From: Candidatus Thorarchaeota archaeon | GTDB lineage: Archaea; Asgardarchaeota; Thorarchaeia; Thorarchaeales; Thorarchaeaceae | NCBI GenBank assembly: GCA_016840855.1 | Contig: JAEORO010000167.1 | Span: forward strand, 1 to 20,352 | Direction of reading: 5' to 3' | Length of the DNA: 20,352 nucleotides | Shown here: positions 7,845 to 16,409 of the stretch, one piece after another | Position numbering within the stretch: position 1 is the first letter of the stretch | Layout: each line of letters begins with the position of its first letter | Program-made: the position numbers and the translations under genes | The notes under the pieces: generated by a model | Seen by the model: only the letters and a program-made list of their open reading frames with translations | What the model was told of the DNA's origin: nothing | Databases searched by the model: none

Positions 7845-8792
7845 ATGATAGGGCTTCAAGACATCTATGACGCTCATCATAGAATTAGAGACTATGCGCT
7901 TTGGACACCAGTTATGACTTCATCGACAATAGATAAGTTGACTGATTCTCAAGTCTTCTTTAAGTGTGAGAACTTTCAACGTGCTGGTGCTTTCAAATTT
8001 AGAGGAGCTCTAAATACTCTAACACAATTAACTCAAGAGGAACGTGATAGAGGCGTCATTGCCCATTCATCTGGAAATCATGCTCAAGCTGTTGCTCTTG
8101 CAGCTTCTCTTTCAGGTATGAAGGCAACAATAGTGATGCCCAAGAATTCACCAAAAGTAAAGGTTGATGCGACACGAGGATACGGTGCTGAAATAGTGTT
8201 TTGTGAAAACTCAATTGAGAGCAGAGTTCAAGTTGCAAACCAATTAATCGAGAAACACGACTATGTGCTAATTCATCCTTACAATGATGAACGGATTATT
8301 GCAGGAGCTGGAACAGCTGCTTTGGAGCTCATTGAAGAAGTTAAAGAATTAGACTATATCTTTGCTCCCGTAGGTGGTGGGGGTCTTTTAAGCGGAACAT
8401 CAATTACTACAAAGGGACTTTGTACTGGAGCTAAAGTGATTGGTGTTGAGCCAAAGAATGCTGATGATGCATATCGATCTTTCAGAGATGGGAGAATCTA
8501 CCCAAGCATCAACCCAAATACAATAGCTGATGGTCTCAGGACTCAACTTGGGGAAATAACCTTTCGAATAATCAGAAAAAATGTTGATTCCATCATTACT
8601 GTTTCAGAAAAAGAGATTGTAAATGCAATGCGACTACTCTGGGAACGAATGAAAATTCTAGTTGAACCATCTGGAGCAGTTTCACTTGCTGGGACTATCA
8701 AGATGAATGATAGCTTTTCTGGAAAGAGGGTTGGTGTTATCATCAGCGGAGGTAATATCGATCTCTCGGAGTTCTTCTCAAAATACTCATGA
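7845..8792 (+). CDS. PLP-dependent fold-type II enzyme: serine racemase / serine-threonine dehydratase / threo-3-hydroxyaspartate ammonia-lyase-like, without a C-terminal ACT domain
   Basis: FKCENFQRAGAFKFRGA (PLP Lys), HSSGNHAQA, PVGGGGL, EPKNADD, TIADG, VEPSGA and ISGGNID. ATG 7845 is used; the ORF is open from 7818. Confidence 0.88.
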   Translation: MIGLQDIYDAHHRIRDYALWTPVMTSSTIDKLTDSQVFFKCENFQRAGAFKFRGALNTLTQLTQEERDRGVIAHSSGNHAQAVALAASLSGMKATIVMPKNSPKVKVDATRGYGAEIVFCENSIESRVQVANQLIEKHDYVLIHPYNDERIIAGAGTAALELIEEVKELDYIFAPVGGGGLLSGTSITTKGLCTGAKVIGVEPKNADDAYRSFRDGRIYPSINPNTIADGLRTQLGEITFRIIRKNVDSIITVSEKEIVNAMRLLWERMKILVEPSGAVSLAGTIKMNDSFSGKRVGVIISGGNIDLSEFFSKYS

Positions 8793-11072
8793 AGAATTGT
8801 TACGTTCTTGAGCACTTGGTAGCCAAACTACGAACTCTGCTCCTTTGGTAGGCTCTCCTTTTACACGGTCTCTTACATCAATGCGACCCCTGTATTTGTC
8901 ACAGATTTGTTTTGATTGGTGAAGCCCAACTCCTCCATAACGACGTGACAAATCAAAGATGGCAGCTTTAAGCGAACCTGAAATTCCTTGTCCATTGTCA
9001 CTTACTGCAATTTCATATCCCTCTCCGCTGTCCTTGAGTGAGATCCAGACAATTCTTTCCTCTCTGGGATTGTGCTCTATTGCATTTTCAATAAGATTTC
9101 CAAGAAGTTGTTCGAGGAATTGGTCAGCTTCTACAAGCGCATTATCTACCTTTAGTGATAAATCAAAAGCAACATCTCTATGTTGATTTTTATATGATTC
9201 AGCAACAGACTCTATTGTTGTACTCAGTTTTCTTATCCTCAATGGGACTGACATTAAGGGTTCTGTCACTTTTACTTTTGATATCATACTTTGACATCTT
9301 TCAACTGAGGAAACAATTTGTCCTAGCAATCGACGCGCTTCAGGGTCTTGAAGATTCATCTCCATTACCATAGTGCTTCCTAAAATAATCTGAAGTTGAT
9401 TTCGAAAGTCATGAGCCATTAAATCAATAAGATGCATCGCCCGTTCCTTTTGGGTTTCAATATGTTTCTCTGCGTCAAGACGATCAGTCACATTCATAGT
9501 AACGATTTGGAGTGCTGGAGCTTCTTCATACTCGACACGTCTGCCAAAAATTTCTAACCATTGCATGTCTCCATCTTTTTGGAAGACACGAATGAGCATT
9601 GGTATCCTCTGAGGTGGTTCTCCTTTCATTAATTCCTCTAATCGCTTCATGGCGGGATCCCAATCATCGGGATGTATCATGCTTTGAATTTCCTTTGGAG
9701 ATAATGCGAGTACTTCATCAACTGTTCTTTCGAGAAAACCAGCAAAAGCCGGGTTTGCGAACTTGATTTGCAGAGGGAGGGTTTGAATAATCATGAAACC
9801 CTGAAATGATTGGTCTATTAACGCACGATATTTTGCTTCTGATTTTATCAGAGCTTTTTGGCTTTCTTTCCTCTCTTCTATATTCCTAGCTACTCCAAGT
9901 ATGCCTGTCGGAACTCCATCAGAATCTCTTGTAAAGGTTCTTGCAACTTCAACCCATACCATAGAACCATCTTTTCTTTTGAGATGTATCTCTAATGGTG
10001 GTGAATCGCCGCGGATTAATGAACCAGCTGCATCCTTTTCTTCATCAAGAGCGAGCTTAACTGCCTCAATAGCTGTCCAGACTGACTCTGGAGCCATTAA
10101 CTCAATCAATGATTTTCCAGTAACTTCTTCAACAGAAAAACCCAGAAGCAATTCTACTGAAGGACTAACATAAGTGAGGTTTAATTCCATATCGGAAGTA
10201 AAAATAATATCAATAATGTTGTCAGCGAGAAGTTTGTATCGTTTCTCAGTATCTTCTAGAGCAGCTTCTTTCCGTTTCTCCTCTGTAATCTCAAGGAGCT
10301 GGCTCAAATATCCCTTAAGTTCTCCTCCATTTTCTAATCCTAATGGCGTCACCCACGTGTCTAATATTATTTTACCCGATCGAGAAGTTGGATAGAGTTC
10401 TTTCTCTTTCACTTTTTCGAAGTCAAACGTGGTTTCATACTTCACAGCTTCTCCTCTGATTAATTCAGCCTTGAACTCGTTTGGTACGTTTGGATCGTCA
10501 AAAAGACTGAATCCTATGAGATCATTAAGATCCGAAATTCCCCCTATATCCAATGCTGCTTGATTTGCGGCAATAAGAATTCCATTTGGATCAAACAACT
10601 CAATCCCTAATTGAGACTCCTCGAAAATTCTTCGCATCATCTCTACATTTTCTTCTAGAGCTTTTCGAGAAGCTTTCAGTTCAGTGATATCAGTAATCAC
10701 AGCAAAAGACCCTCGATGACCTCCTTCACGATTTAGCAGAGGAGCTCCTGATACTATTGTAGGTACCTGCTCACCTGTACTTCGACTCCATGCAACCTCA
10801 TATTGGGTGGCTTCACCTTTAGTTCGTCTTCTGATATTTTCACGAATGATTTTCTTGTTTTTTTCGTCAACAAAATCAAGGAGATGCCTGCCAACCATGT
10901 CGTCTACAGAATAATTGAGCATATTTGCAAAACGTGAATTAACGTAAGTGAAAACACCGTCTATATCAATAATTCCAAATCCATCGTTCATCGAGTCCAC
11001 TAGTGCTCTGAAAAGTGTAGCTTCCTCTTCTTGCGAGATTAAGTGATTTGATATAGGTTCTGGGTCTTTCAT
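8787..11072 (-). CDS. Cytoplasmic multi-PAS (four PAS/PAC) sensor histidine kinase
   Basis: Four PAS repeats ending in DITE, EITE, NIEE and NVTD, an intact H-box LMAHDFRNQL, N-box NLIENAIEH, G1 DNGQGI and G2 GGVGL. No TM helices. Confidence 0.93.
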   Translation of the reverse strand: MKDPEPISNHLISQEEEATLFRALVDSMNDGFGIIDIDGVFTYVNSRFANMLNYSVDDMVGRHLLDFVDEKNKKIIRENIRRRTKGEATQYEVAWSRSTGEQVPTIVSGAPLLNREGGHRGSFAVITDITELKASRKALEENVEMMRRIFEESQLGIELFDPNGILIAANQAALDIGGISDLNDLIGFSLFDDPNVPNEFKAELIRGEAVKYETTFDFEKVKEKELYPTSRSGKIILDTWVTPLGLENGGELKGYLSQLLEITEEKRKEAALEDTEKRYKLLADNIIDIIFTSDMELNLTYVSPSVELLLGFSVEEVTGKSLIELMAPESVWTAIEAVKLALDEEKDAAGSLIRGDSPPLEIHLKRKDGSMVWVEVARTFTRDSDGVPTGILGVARNIEERKESQKALIKSEAKYRALIDQSFQGFMIIQTLPLQIKFANPAFAGFLERTVDEVLALSPKEIQSMIHPDDWDPAMKRLEELMKGEPPQRIPMLIRVFQKDGDMQWLEIFGRRVEYEEAPALQIVTMNVTDRLDAEKHIETQKERAMHLIDLMAHDFRNQLQIILGSTMVMEMNLQDPEARRLLGQIVSSVERCQSMISKVKVTEPLMSVPLRIRKLSTTIESVAESYKNQHRDVAFDLSLKVDNALVEADQFLEQLLGNLIENAIEHNPREERIVWISLKDSGEGYEIAVSDNGQGISGSLKAAIFDLSRRYGGVGLHQSKQICDKYRGRIDVRDRVKGEPTKGAEFVVWLPSAQERNNSS

Positions 11073-11246
11073 TTACAATTCTAGTATTGTCTAATGAGTA
11101 CATATAGAACTCTCTAGGATGTACACGCTTTTCTATCTGAGGAAATTATATTCGGATATCTCTCTAAGACTCTGTGATTCAATTAAGAAGACATCATCTT
11201 ATGGAAACTTCTAATGATAATTGATCTACATCTTACAGGGTCCCAA

Positions 11247-12347
11247 ATGTCACGCTGGATTATGCATGTCGATATGGATGCATTTTTTGCTTCAGTAGAG
11301 CAGTATAGAAATCATCCGGAACTTGTTGGACGTCCAGTATGTGTTGGCCACGATCCTAAGGGAGGAAAAGGTCGAGGAGTTGTTCGCGCTGCTTCTTACG
11401 AAGCTCGTGAAAAGGGCATTCATGCGGGCATGCCTGTTTCTAAAGCGTATCGACTTTGTCCTGAGGCTGCTTTTGTTGAAGGTGAGTTCGAGAGTTATGG
11501 TGTTGCATCCGATGAATTCATGGATATCTTACATGAGTATGCTGATGGCGGACGTGTGCGGCGAGCAAGTATTGATGAAGCCTACATAGAAGCGACAAAC
11601 AGTGTAGACACCTTTGGTGGACCATATAATACAGCTTTGTCTATTCAAAACTCAATTTGGCGCGAAGTTCTGTTGCCTTGTTCCATCGGTGTTGCTCCGA
11701 ATATGTCTGTTGCTAAAATTGCTACAGGAATCAAGAAACCCAAAGGCATCACGATCGTTGGACCTGATCCTGTAGATGTTTTGAAGTTTCTAGAACCTCT
11801 TCCTGTGTCTGCAATCAACGGAATTGGATACAAAACAGCTGCTCGTTTAGAAAAGTTCGGAATTACTACATTAGGACAAATTCAAATGATGACAATACCG
11901 GAGTTATGGCCTTCAATGGGTCGTGGGTCTGTCTGGTTATATCAACGAGCTAGAGGTATAGATGAACGACCTTTGGTTGATAATGGACCAAGAGTTAGAA
12001 AATCAATATCAAAGGACCGCACTTTTATGGAGGATGTAGAACCTGACGCAACTGAGTATATTCATGAAGTCTTGTCTACGATGTGTGGAAGAATTGGTGA
12101 AAGACTCCAGAAAAAATCTCTCCGATTTAAAACAGTCACAGTCAAAATGCGATACAGTGATTTTTCGACGATACAGCGAAGTAAAAGCATTCCAGTTGAA
12201 ACAGATAATGCAAATATTCTCTCTCGTCTGGCAATGGAGATATTTGACCACCAACGAGATCGAGAAAAGTCCATACGTCTAGTTGGTGTCAAGGTTTCTG
12301 GCTTGAGTGAATCTTCAGAACAACTTTGTCTAACTGAGTTCATCTGA
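11247..12347 (+). CDS. dinB: Y-family DNA polymerase IV (DinB/Dpo4-like)
   Basis: HVDMDAFFASVE, AASYEAR..G...GMP, SIDEAY, the HhH motif GIGYKTA, little-finger KSISKDRTF and IRLVGV, and a C-terminal PIP-like QLCLTEFI. ATG 11247 is preferred; the ORF is open from 11214. Confidence 0.95.
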   Translation: MSRWIMHVDMDAFFASVEQYRNHPELVGRPVCVGHDPKGGKGRGVVRAASYEAREKGIHAGMPVSKAYRLCPEAAFVEGEFESYGVASDEFMDILHEYADGGRVRRASIDEAYIEATNSVDTFGGPYNTALSIQNSIWREVLLPCSIGVAPNMSVAKIATGIKKPKGITIVGPDPVDVLKFLEPLPVSAINGIGYKTAARLEKFGITTLGQIQMMTIPELWPSMGRGSVWLYQRARGIDERPLVDNGPRVRKSISKDRTFMEDVEPDATEYIHEVLSTMCGRIGERLQKKSLRFKTVTVKMRYSDFSTIQRSKSIPVETDNANILSRLAMEIFDHQRDREKSIRLVGVKVSGLSESSEQLCLTEFI

Positions 12348-12350
12348 AAA

Positions 12351-12974
12351 TCATCCTAATTCACTTAGGTGACCATCATCAATTTCAGTAACTGCTGCTT
12401 TTACTCTATTTTTTAGTTTCACCAAAAGTCTACTGATTCCGTTAACATAATCTGGATTATTCTCTTCTTCCAAAAGAGTGGCATATCCCATTATATTGTG
12501 TGCAATACCTGTGATATCATGAGAGAGTTTATGGATGAACTTGCTTGCAACATCCTGTTGTATCATAGATTGCTTGAATCGTGACTTTCTATTTACCAAA
12601 TGCAATATGATCTCCCTGATGGCAGAGAACTGATTTCGATAATCTTGACTTTTTAGTATATAATAGTCTGCACCTAGATTCAGTGATTTAATGGCAATAT
12701 CCTCACTCGAGTGTCCCGTCCATATCGCAAATGCTGTATTATTTCCAGCTGCTCGAATTGCTTCTAGCATTTCCAATCCCGAAGAATCAGGCATCAAGTA
12801 ATCTGAGATTATGACATTGAATTCTTCTTTCTCCAATTTTGCCAAAGCGTCTTTAACAGATGTTGATACAACAATTTCCAAATCCGGGTCCTTCTGCTCA
12901 AGAAGGATCCTTGTTATATCAAGAAGTTCTACATCGTCATCTACAAGTAGAACGCGAATTACCAACCAAATCAC
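12351..12974 (-). CDS. Response regulator: receiver domain plus a C-terminal HisKA-like helical hairpin with no HATPase domain
   Basis: REC motifs VLLVDDD, IISDYLMP (phospho-Asp), WTG and ILK. The C-terminal part reads FIHKLSHDITGIAHNIMGYATLL. The true start may be TTG 12965, after GGGAG. Confidence 0.87.
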   Translation of the reverse strand: MIWLVIRVLLVDDDVELLDITRILLEQKDPDLEIVVSTSVKDALAKLEKEEFNVIISDYLMPDSSGLEMLEAIRAAGNNTAFAIWTGHSSEDIAIKSLNLGADYYILKSQDYRNQFSAIREIILHLVNRKSRFKQSMIQQDVASKFIHKLSHDITGIAHNIMGYATLLEEENNPDYVNGISRLLVKLKNRVKAAVTEIDDGHLSELG

Positions 12975-13088
12975 TCCCTAAAAGACAGTCACAATTATAC
13001 CTAAACAGGATGTTTAATGTTGCAGCTGTAAAAGGTTTTCGTGTTAAAATCATGCAAAGGGTTTAGGATATTTAGGAGTCAAGTAATT

Positions 13089-13799
13089 GTGAGTACAACA
13101 CCAGTAATTTCCAAGGCAATTCTAATCGATAGACCAAATAGATTCCTCGGCAGAGTTAGTCTTAACGGAAAAATGACTGAAGTGTTCATCCCCAATCCTG
13201 GACGAATGTATGAACTTATGGTTCCAGGTCATGAGGTCTTCGTTAAAGAAAATAAAGGAATACATAGAAAGACAGACTATACAATGATTGGTCTTTTTCA
13301 TGATGGTGTAATTATTTCAATTGATTCGAATCTACCGAATCGATTTATCAAAAGGTTACTCACTGCACATGAACTTCCATTCTTTGCAGACTATCACACA
13401 GTAATTCCAGAACCACGCACAAAAGGGGGCCGCTTTGATTTCAAGATACTGGGTGAAAAAGAGTCTTCATTCATTGAAGTGAAATCCTGTACTCTTGTAC
13501 AAAATGGTCGAGCTATTTTTCCTGATGCACCCACTGTGAGGGGGTCAAGGCATGTCCGAGATCTGACGGACGCACTAAGTAATAATCAGATAGATCGAGC
13601 AGCAGTGGTTTTTGTTATTCAGAGGCCTGATGCAAGAGTCTTCTCCCCAAATGATAAGATGGATTCAGATTTTGGTGATGCTTTGCGCCGTGGTCACATA
13701 AATGGCCTTGAGATTTATCCGCTTGTGACACAGGTAGTAGACTGGGACTTGAAGTTCATTAAGCTGATACCTTTCGAACTTGAGTATTTCATGCAATGA
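13089..13799 (+). CDS. sfsA: SfsA family DNA/RNA nuclease (sugar fermentation stimulation protein)
   Basis: RPNRF, PNPGRMYEL, RFDF, IEVKSCTL, FPDAPTVRGSRH and FVIQR. GTG 13089 follows AGGAG; the ORF is open from 13041. Confidence 0.93.
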   Translation: MSTTPVISKAILIDRPNRFLGRVSLNGKMTEVFIPNPGRMYELMVPGHEVFVKENKGIHRKTDYTMIGLFHDGVIISIDSNLPNRFIKRLLTAHELPFFADYHTVIPEPRTKGGRFDFKILGEKESSFIEVKSCTLVQNGRAIFPDAPTVRGSRHVRDLTDALSNNQIDRAAVVFVIQRPDARVFSPNDKMDSDFGDALRRGHINGLEIYPLVTQVVDWDLKFIKLIPFELEYFMQ

Positions 13800-13899
13800 A
13801 CCAAAACAGGAATTCTACTCAAACCACTGACTTATTATTGGCTGAAGTTAAAAGCGCTCATGTAGATTTCATAGTAACAAGGTGGGAGCGTAAATTCAG

Positions 13900-14811
13900 A
13901 TGACTCAGCGAACAAGCATTGAACGAATGCCTGGTGATGAGCTTATTCGTCTAGCTCGTGTCTTGAAAGTGCCTATCGTCAAAAGGACCATTAAACGGAG
14001 TTGGCTGATTGATGAAGTAATTAAGGAGCTAGACAAGCGAAATGAAAAGCATGCGCCTCCAACAAAATTGCAATCTCCTGCTATTCTGATAGAGAACGTA
14101 ACCAAGCAATTTGGCAAGAAAATCGCTGTTCGCTCACTCAACCTCAAAGTCCATCCAGGTGAGATTGTTGGCTTAGTTGGACCCAATGGAGCAGGAAAAA
14201 CAACAACGCTGAGAATGTTAACCGGCATCATCCGTGCAAGAAGTGGAAAAATTACTGTGGATGGACATGATATACAAAAGAATCCCCTTCTGGCAAAAGA
14301 ACGAATTGGATACATCCCAGAAAAGCCAACCTGCTATCCTAGTTTAACTGCACGAGAGTATGTTATGTTCACTGCACGTATCTATGGAGTCCCTCATGAA
14401 ACAGCATTGATTCGGATGAGAGAGTATGTTGAGTTGTTTCAATTCGACGAGTTCATTGATACCTATGTTGGGACACTTTCTAAAGGAAATCTGCAACGTG
14501 CTTTATTGATCGGTATATTTACACGAGAGCCCCCATACATTCTGGCTTTAGATGAACCCATCTATGGACTGGATCCTCGTGGTGCGTGGAATTTAAAGAA
14601 GCTGCTACGTCAATTAAGAGATGATGGATCTGCTATTCTAATATCAACACATATCCTGGAAGTAGCAGCAGACTTGTGTGATAGATTCGTGATAATGAAC
14701 GAAGGCGATGTTGTTGGGAAAGGTACTCTGCAGGAACTTCAAAGTCTCTTTCCAGAAGCCTTGAGTCTCGAGGAAGTCTTTCTCAGTTTAACTGGTGGCA
14801 TTCCTGAGTAA
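13900..14811 (+). CDS. ABC exporter ATP-binding subunit with an N-terminal extension of about 55 aa
   Basis: Walker A GPNGAGKTT, signature LSKGNLQR, Walker B ILALDEP, H-loop STH and C-terminal SLEEVFL. Confidence 0.93.
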   Translation: MTQRTSIERMPGDELIRLARVLKVPIVKRTIKRSWLIDEVIKELDKRNEKHAPPTKLQSPAILIENVTKQFGKKIAVRSLNLKVHPGEIVGLVGPNGAGKTTTLRMLTGIIRARSGKITVDGHDIQKNPLLAKERIGYIPEKPTCYPSLTAREYVMFTARIYGVPHETALIRMREYVELFQFDEFIDTYVGTLSKGNLQRALLIGIFTREPPYILALDEPIYGLDPRGAWNLKKLLRQLRDDGSAILISTHILEVAADLCDRFVIMNEGDVVGKGTLQELQSLFPEALSLEEVFLSLTGGIPE

Positions 14812-14825
14812 GAGGTGCTTTCAAT

Positions 14826-16403
14826 ATGTCAACATACAAACTCGTGAGAAACGAAATACGTATGTTGTTTAACCAATTTAAGCTAGCCATCACTACGCCT
14901 TCAATGCTCCTCTTCTATGGCATTTCTTTTTTTGGTATTTATTTTATAAGCTATGTAGTTTCAAGTTTTGTATCATTTGCTCCTCTTCTCTCTAGTTTTG
15001 GAAACTTGCTAGAGGACACGATTGATAGAGAAATGATTTTCGCAGCAACAGCTGTTATAAGTGCATCATCAGTTGCTAGTGGCTATTTTGGTTTAGGCCC
15101 TGGAGCGGTTCTTACTCCGACAGATGAGAGTTTGATGATGTCTGCACCAATTAAGCCACATCAAATTTTCTTAGGTCGATATGTTCAGCGAGTAATTCGA
15201 AAACTTTCTTTCCTCCTTATTGGTGTTCTCTCGGTTTTACCTCTTTTAACTTCTGCAAGTCTACTATTCTTTGCAGTCATTTCTTTATTGGCCATAATTA
15301 CTATTTTCTTTGAAATCAACTATTTTCTTGGAGCGATTAGTTCATTTATTCGATTGAAATTGTCGCAAAGAACTAAGAGTCGTTTTCGCAATCTTGTTGT
15401 TCTCTTTTTAGGAGCGCTAACACTTCTTCCTGCTCATCCATGGCTTCTCTCGAATGCAATTGCTATTCATATAATACCTTCAAACGCAGTTGCTTTGCTT
15501 CTGACTGAATTCACTGGAATTTTCTCTCAAGGATTCAATCCAATGCACGCATTTGTATTCATCATTCTAGGTTTCTTAATCTGTCTCCTTCTCACAGCTA
15601 ATATCTGTGGTTATGACTACTATGAGTTATTTTCTGCTAGCAAAGGACGAGAAGAAACTGAAGGCAAATTTAGCAAGATAATCCGTGGTGAGGTAGACTT
15701 CTCAGAGTCAAGGTTCAATGATCCAATGGTCTGGATAATAATGAAGGACTTTTGGAGCCGTCTTCGGTCCCCCCTTCAGATTTGGAAATATATCTATGCC
15801 ATTATTGGCACTGCATTTGTTGTATATCTAAACATTGTACGACCATTTTGGTTTCCTCCAGTGATTGTGCCAATTGGTCTATCATTTGCTCTTGTTCCCG
15901 CTTTCATCTTGATGATGATATTATTTGTCCAAATGGCAAGTGTAACGTCAATGCTTAGCTTTGTAGATGAACAGGAAAATGTGTACTTACTCAAAGTTTC
16001 TCCGTTTAACCCCAGGGATATCATTCTATCAAAATACTTGTTGAGTCTATTTGAAATAATAATAGTAGTAATCCCTGCATGCGGAATTCTTGTGTATTTC
16101 ATTCATATTGAGGGATACCTAGCTATAATCACTCTGGTTGCTCCATTGACGATTCTTTTCGCTGCAAGTGGTAGTGCCGTAGGTGCTTATGTTCCTGTCC
16201 TGACAAACGATCCAAAGACACTGCCAGTTCCCCTAGCTTTCTCCTTTCCAGTTATAAATCTAGGATTAGGAGCAGTAATGGTGTTCCTGGTAGCAGTATT
16301 TGCTGAAAGCATCTTAATTATGATAGTACTTCCTCTCTACACACTTTCGTTAGTCTGTTTCTTTCTTGCACTTTCAGTTAGAGCTCTTAATAATTATATA
16401 TAG
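14826..16403 (+). CDS. Putative ABC exporter permease (multi-TM, two-repeat ABC-2-like)
   Basis: Starts 14 bp after the ATPase stop with SD GAGGTG. It has about 12-14 hydrophobic segments and an internal repeat of a cytoplasmic motif (LMMSAPIKPHQIFLGRY / LLKVSPFNPRDIILSKY). Confidence 0.8.
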   Translation: MSTYKLVRNEIRMLFNQFKLAITTPSMLLFYGISFFGIYFISYVVSSFVSFAPLLSSFGNLLEDTIDREMIFAATAVISASSVASGYFGLGPGAVLTPTDESLMMSAPIKPHQIFLGRYVQRVIRKLSFLLIGVLSVLPLLTSASLLFFAVISLLAIITIFFEINYFLGAISSFIRLKLSQRTKSRFRNLVVLFLGALTLLPAHPWLLSNAIAIHIIPSNAVALLLTEFTGIFSQGFNPMHAFVFIILGFLICLLLTANICGYDYYELFSASKGREETEGKFSKIIRGEVDFSESRFNDPMVWIIMKDFWSRLRSPLQIWKYIYAIIGTAFVVYLNIVRPFWFPPVIVPIGLSFALVPAFILMMILFVQMASVTSMLSFVDEQENVYLLKVSPFNPRDIILSKYLLSLFEIIIVVIPACGILVYFIHIEGYLAIITLVAPLTILFAASGSAVGAYVPVLTNDPKTLPVPLAFSFPVINLGLGAVMVFLVAVFAESILIMIVLPLYTLSLVCFFLALSVRALNNYI

Positions 16404-16409
16404 ACAACA

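Noticed and set aside
11184-11201. Imperfect palindrome TAAGAAGA-CA-TCATCTTA upstream of dinB, a possible damage-response operator
   Set aside because: It is a single short instance with a mismatch, matches no SOS-type box I recognise, and is plausible by chance in AT-rich DNA.
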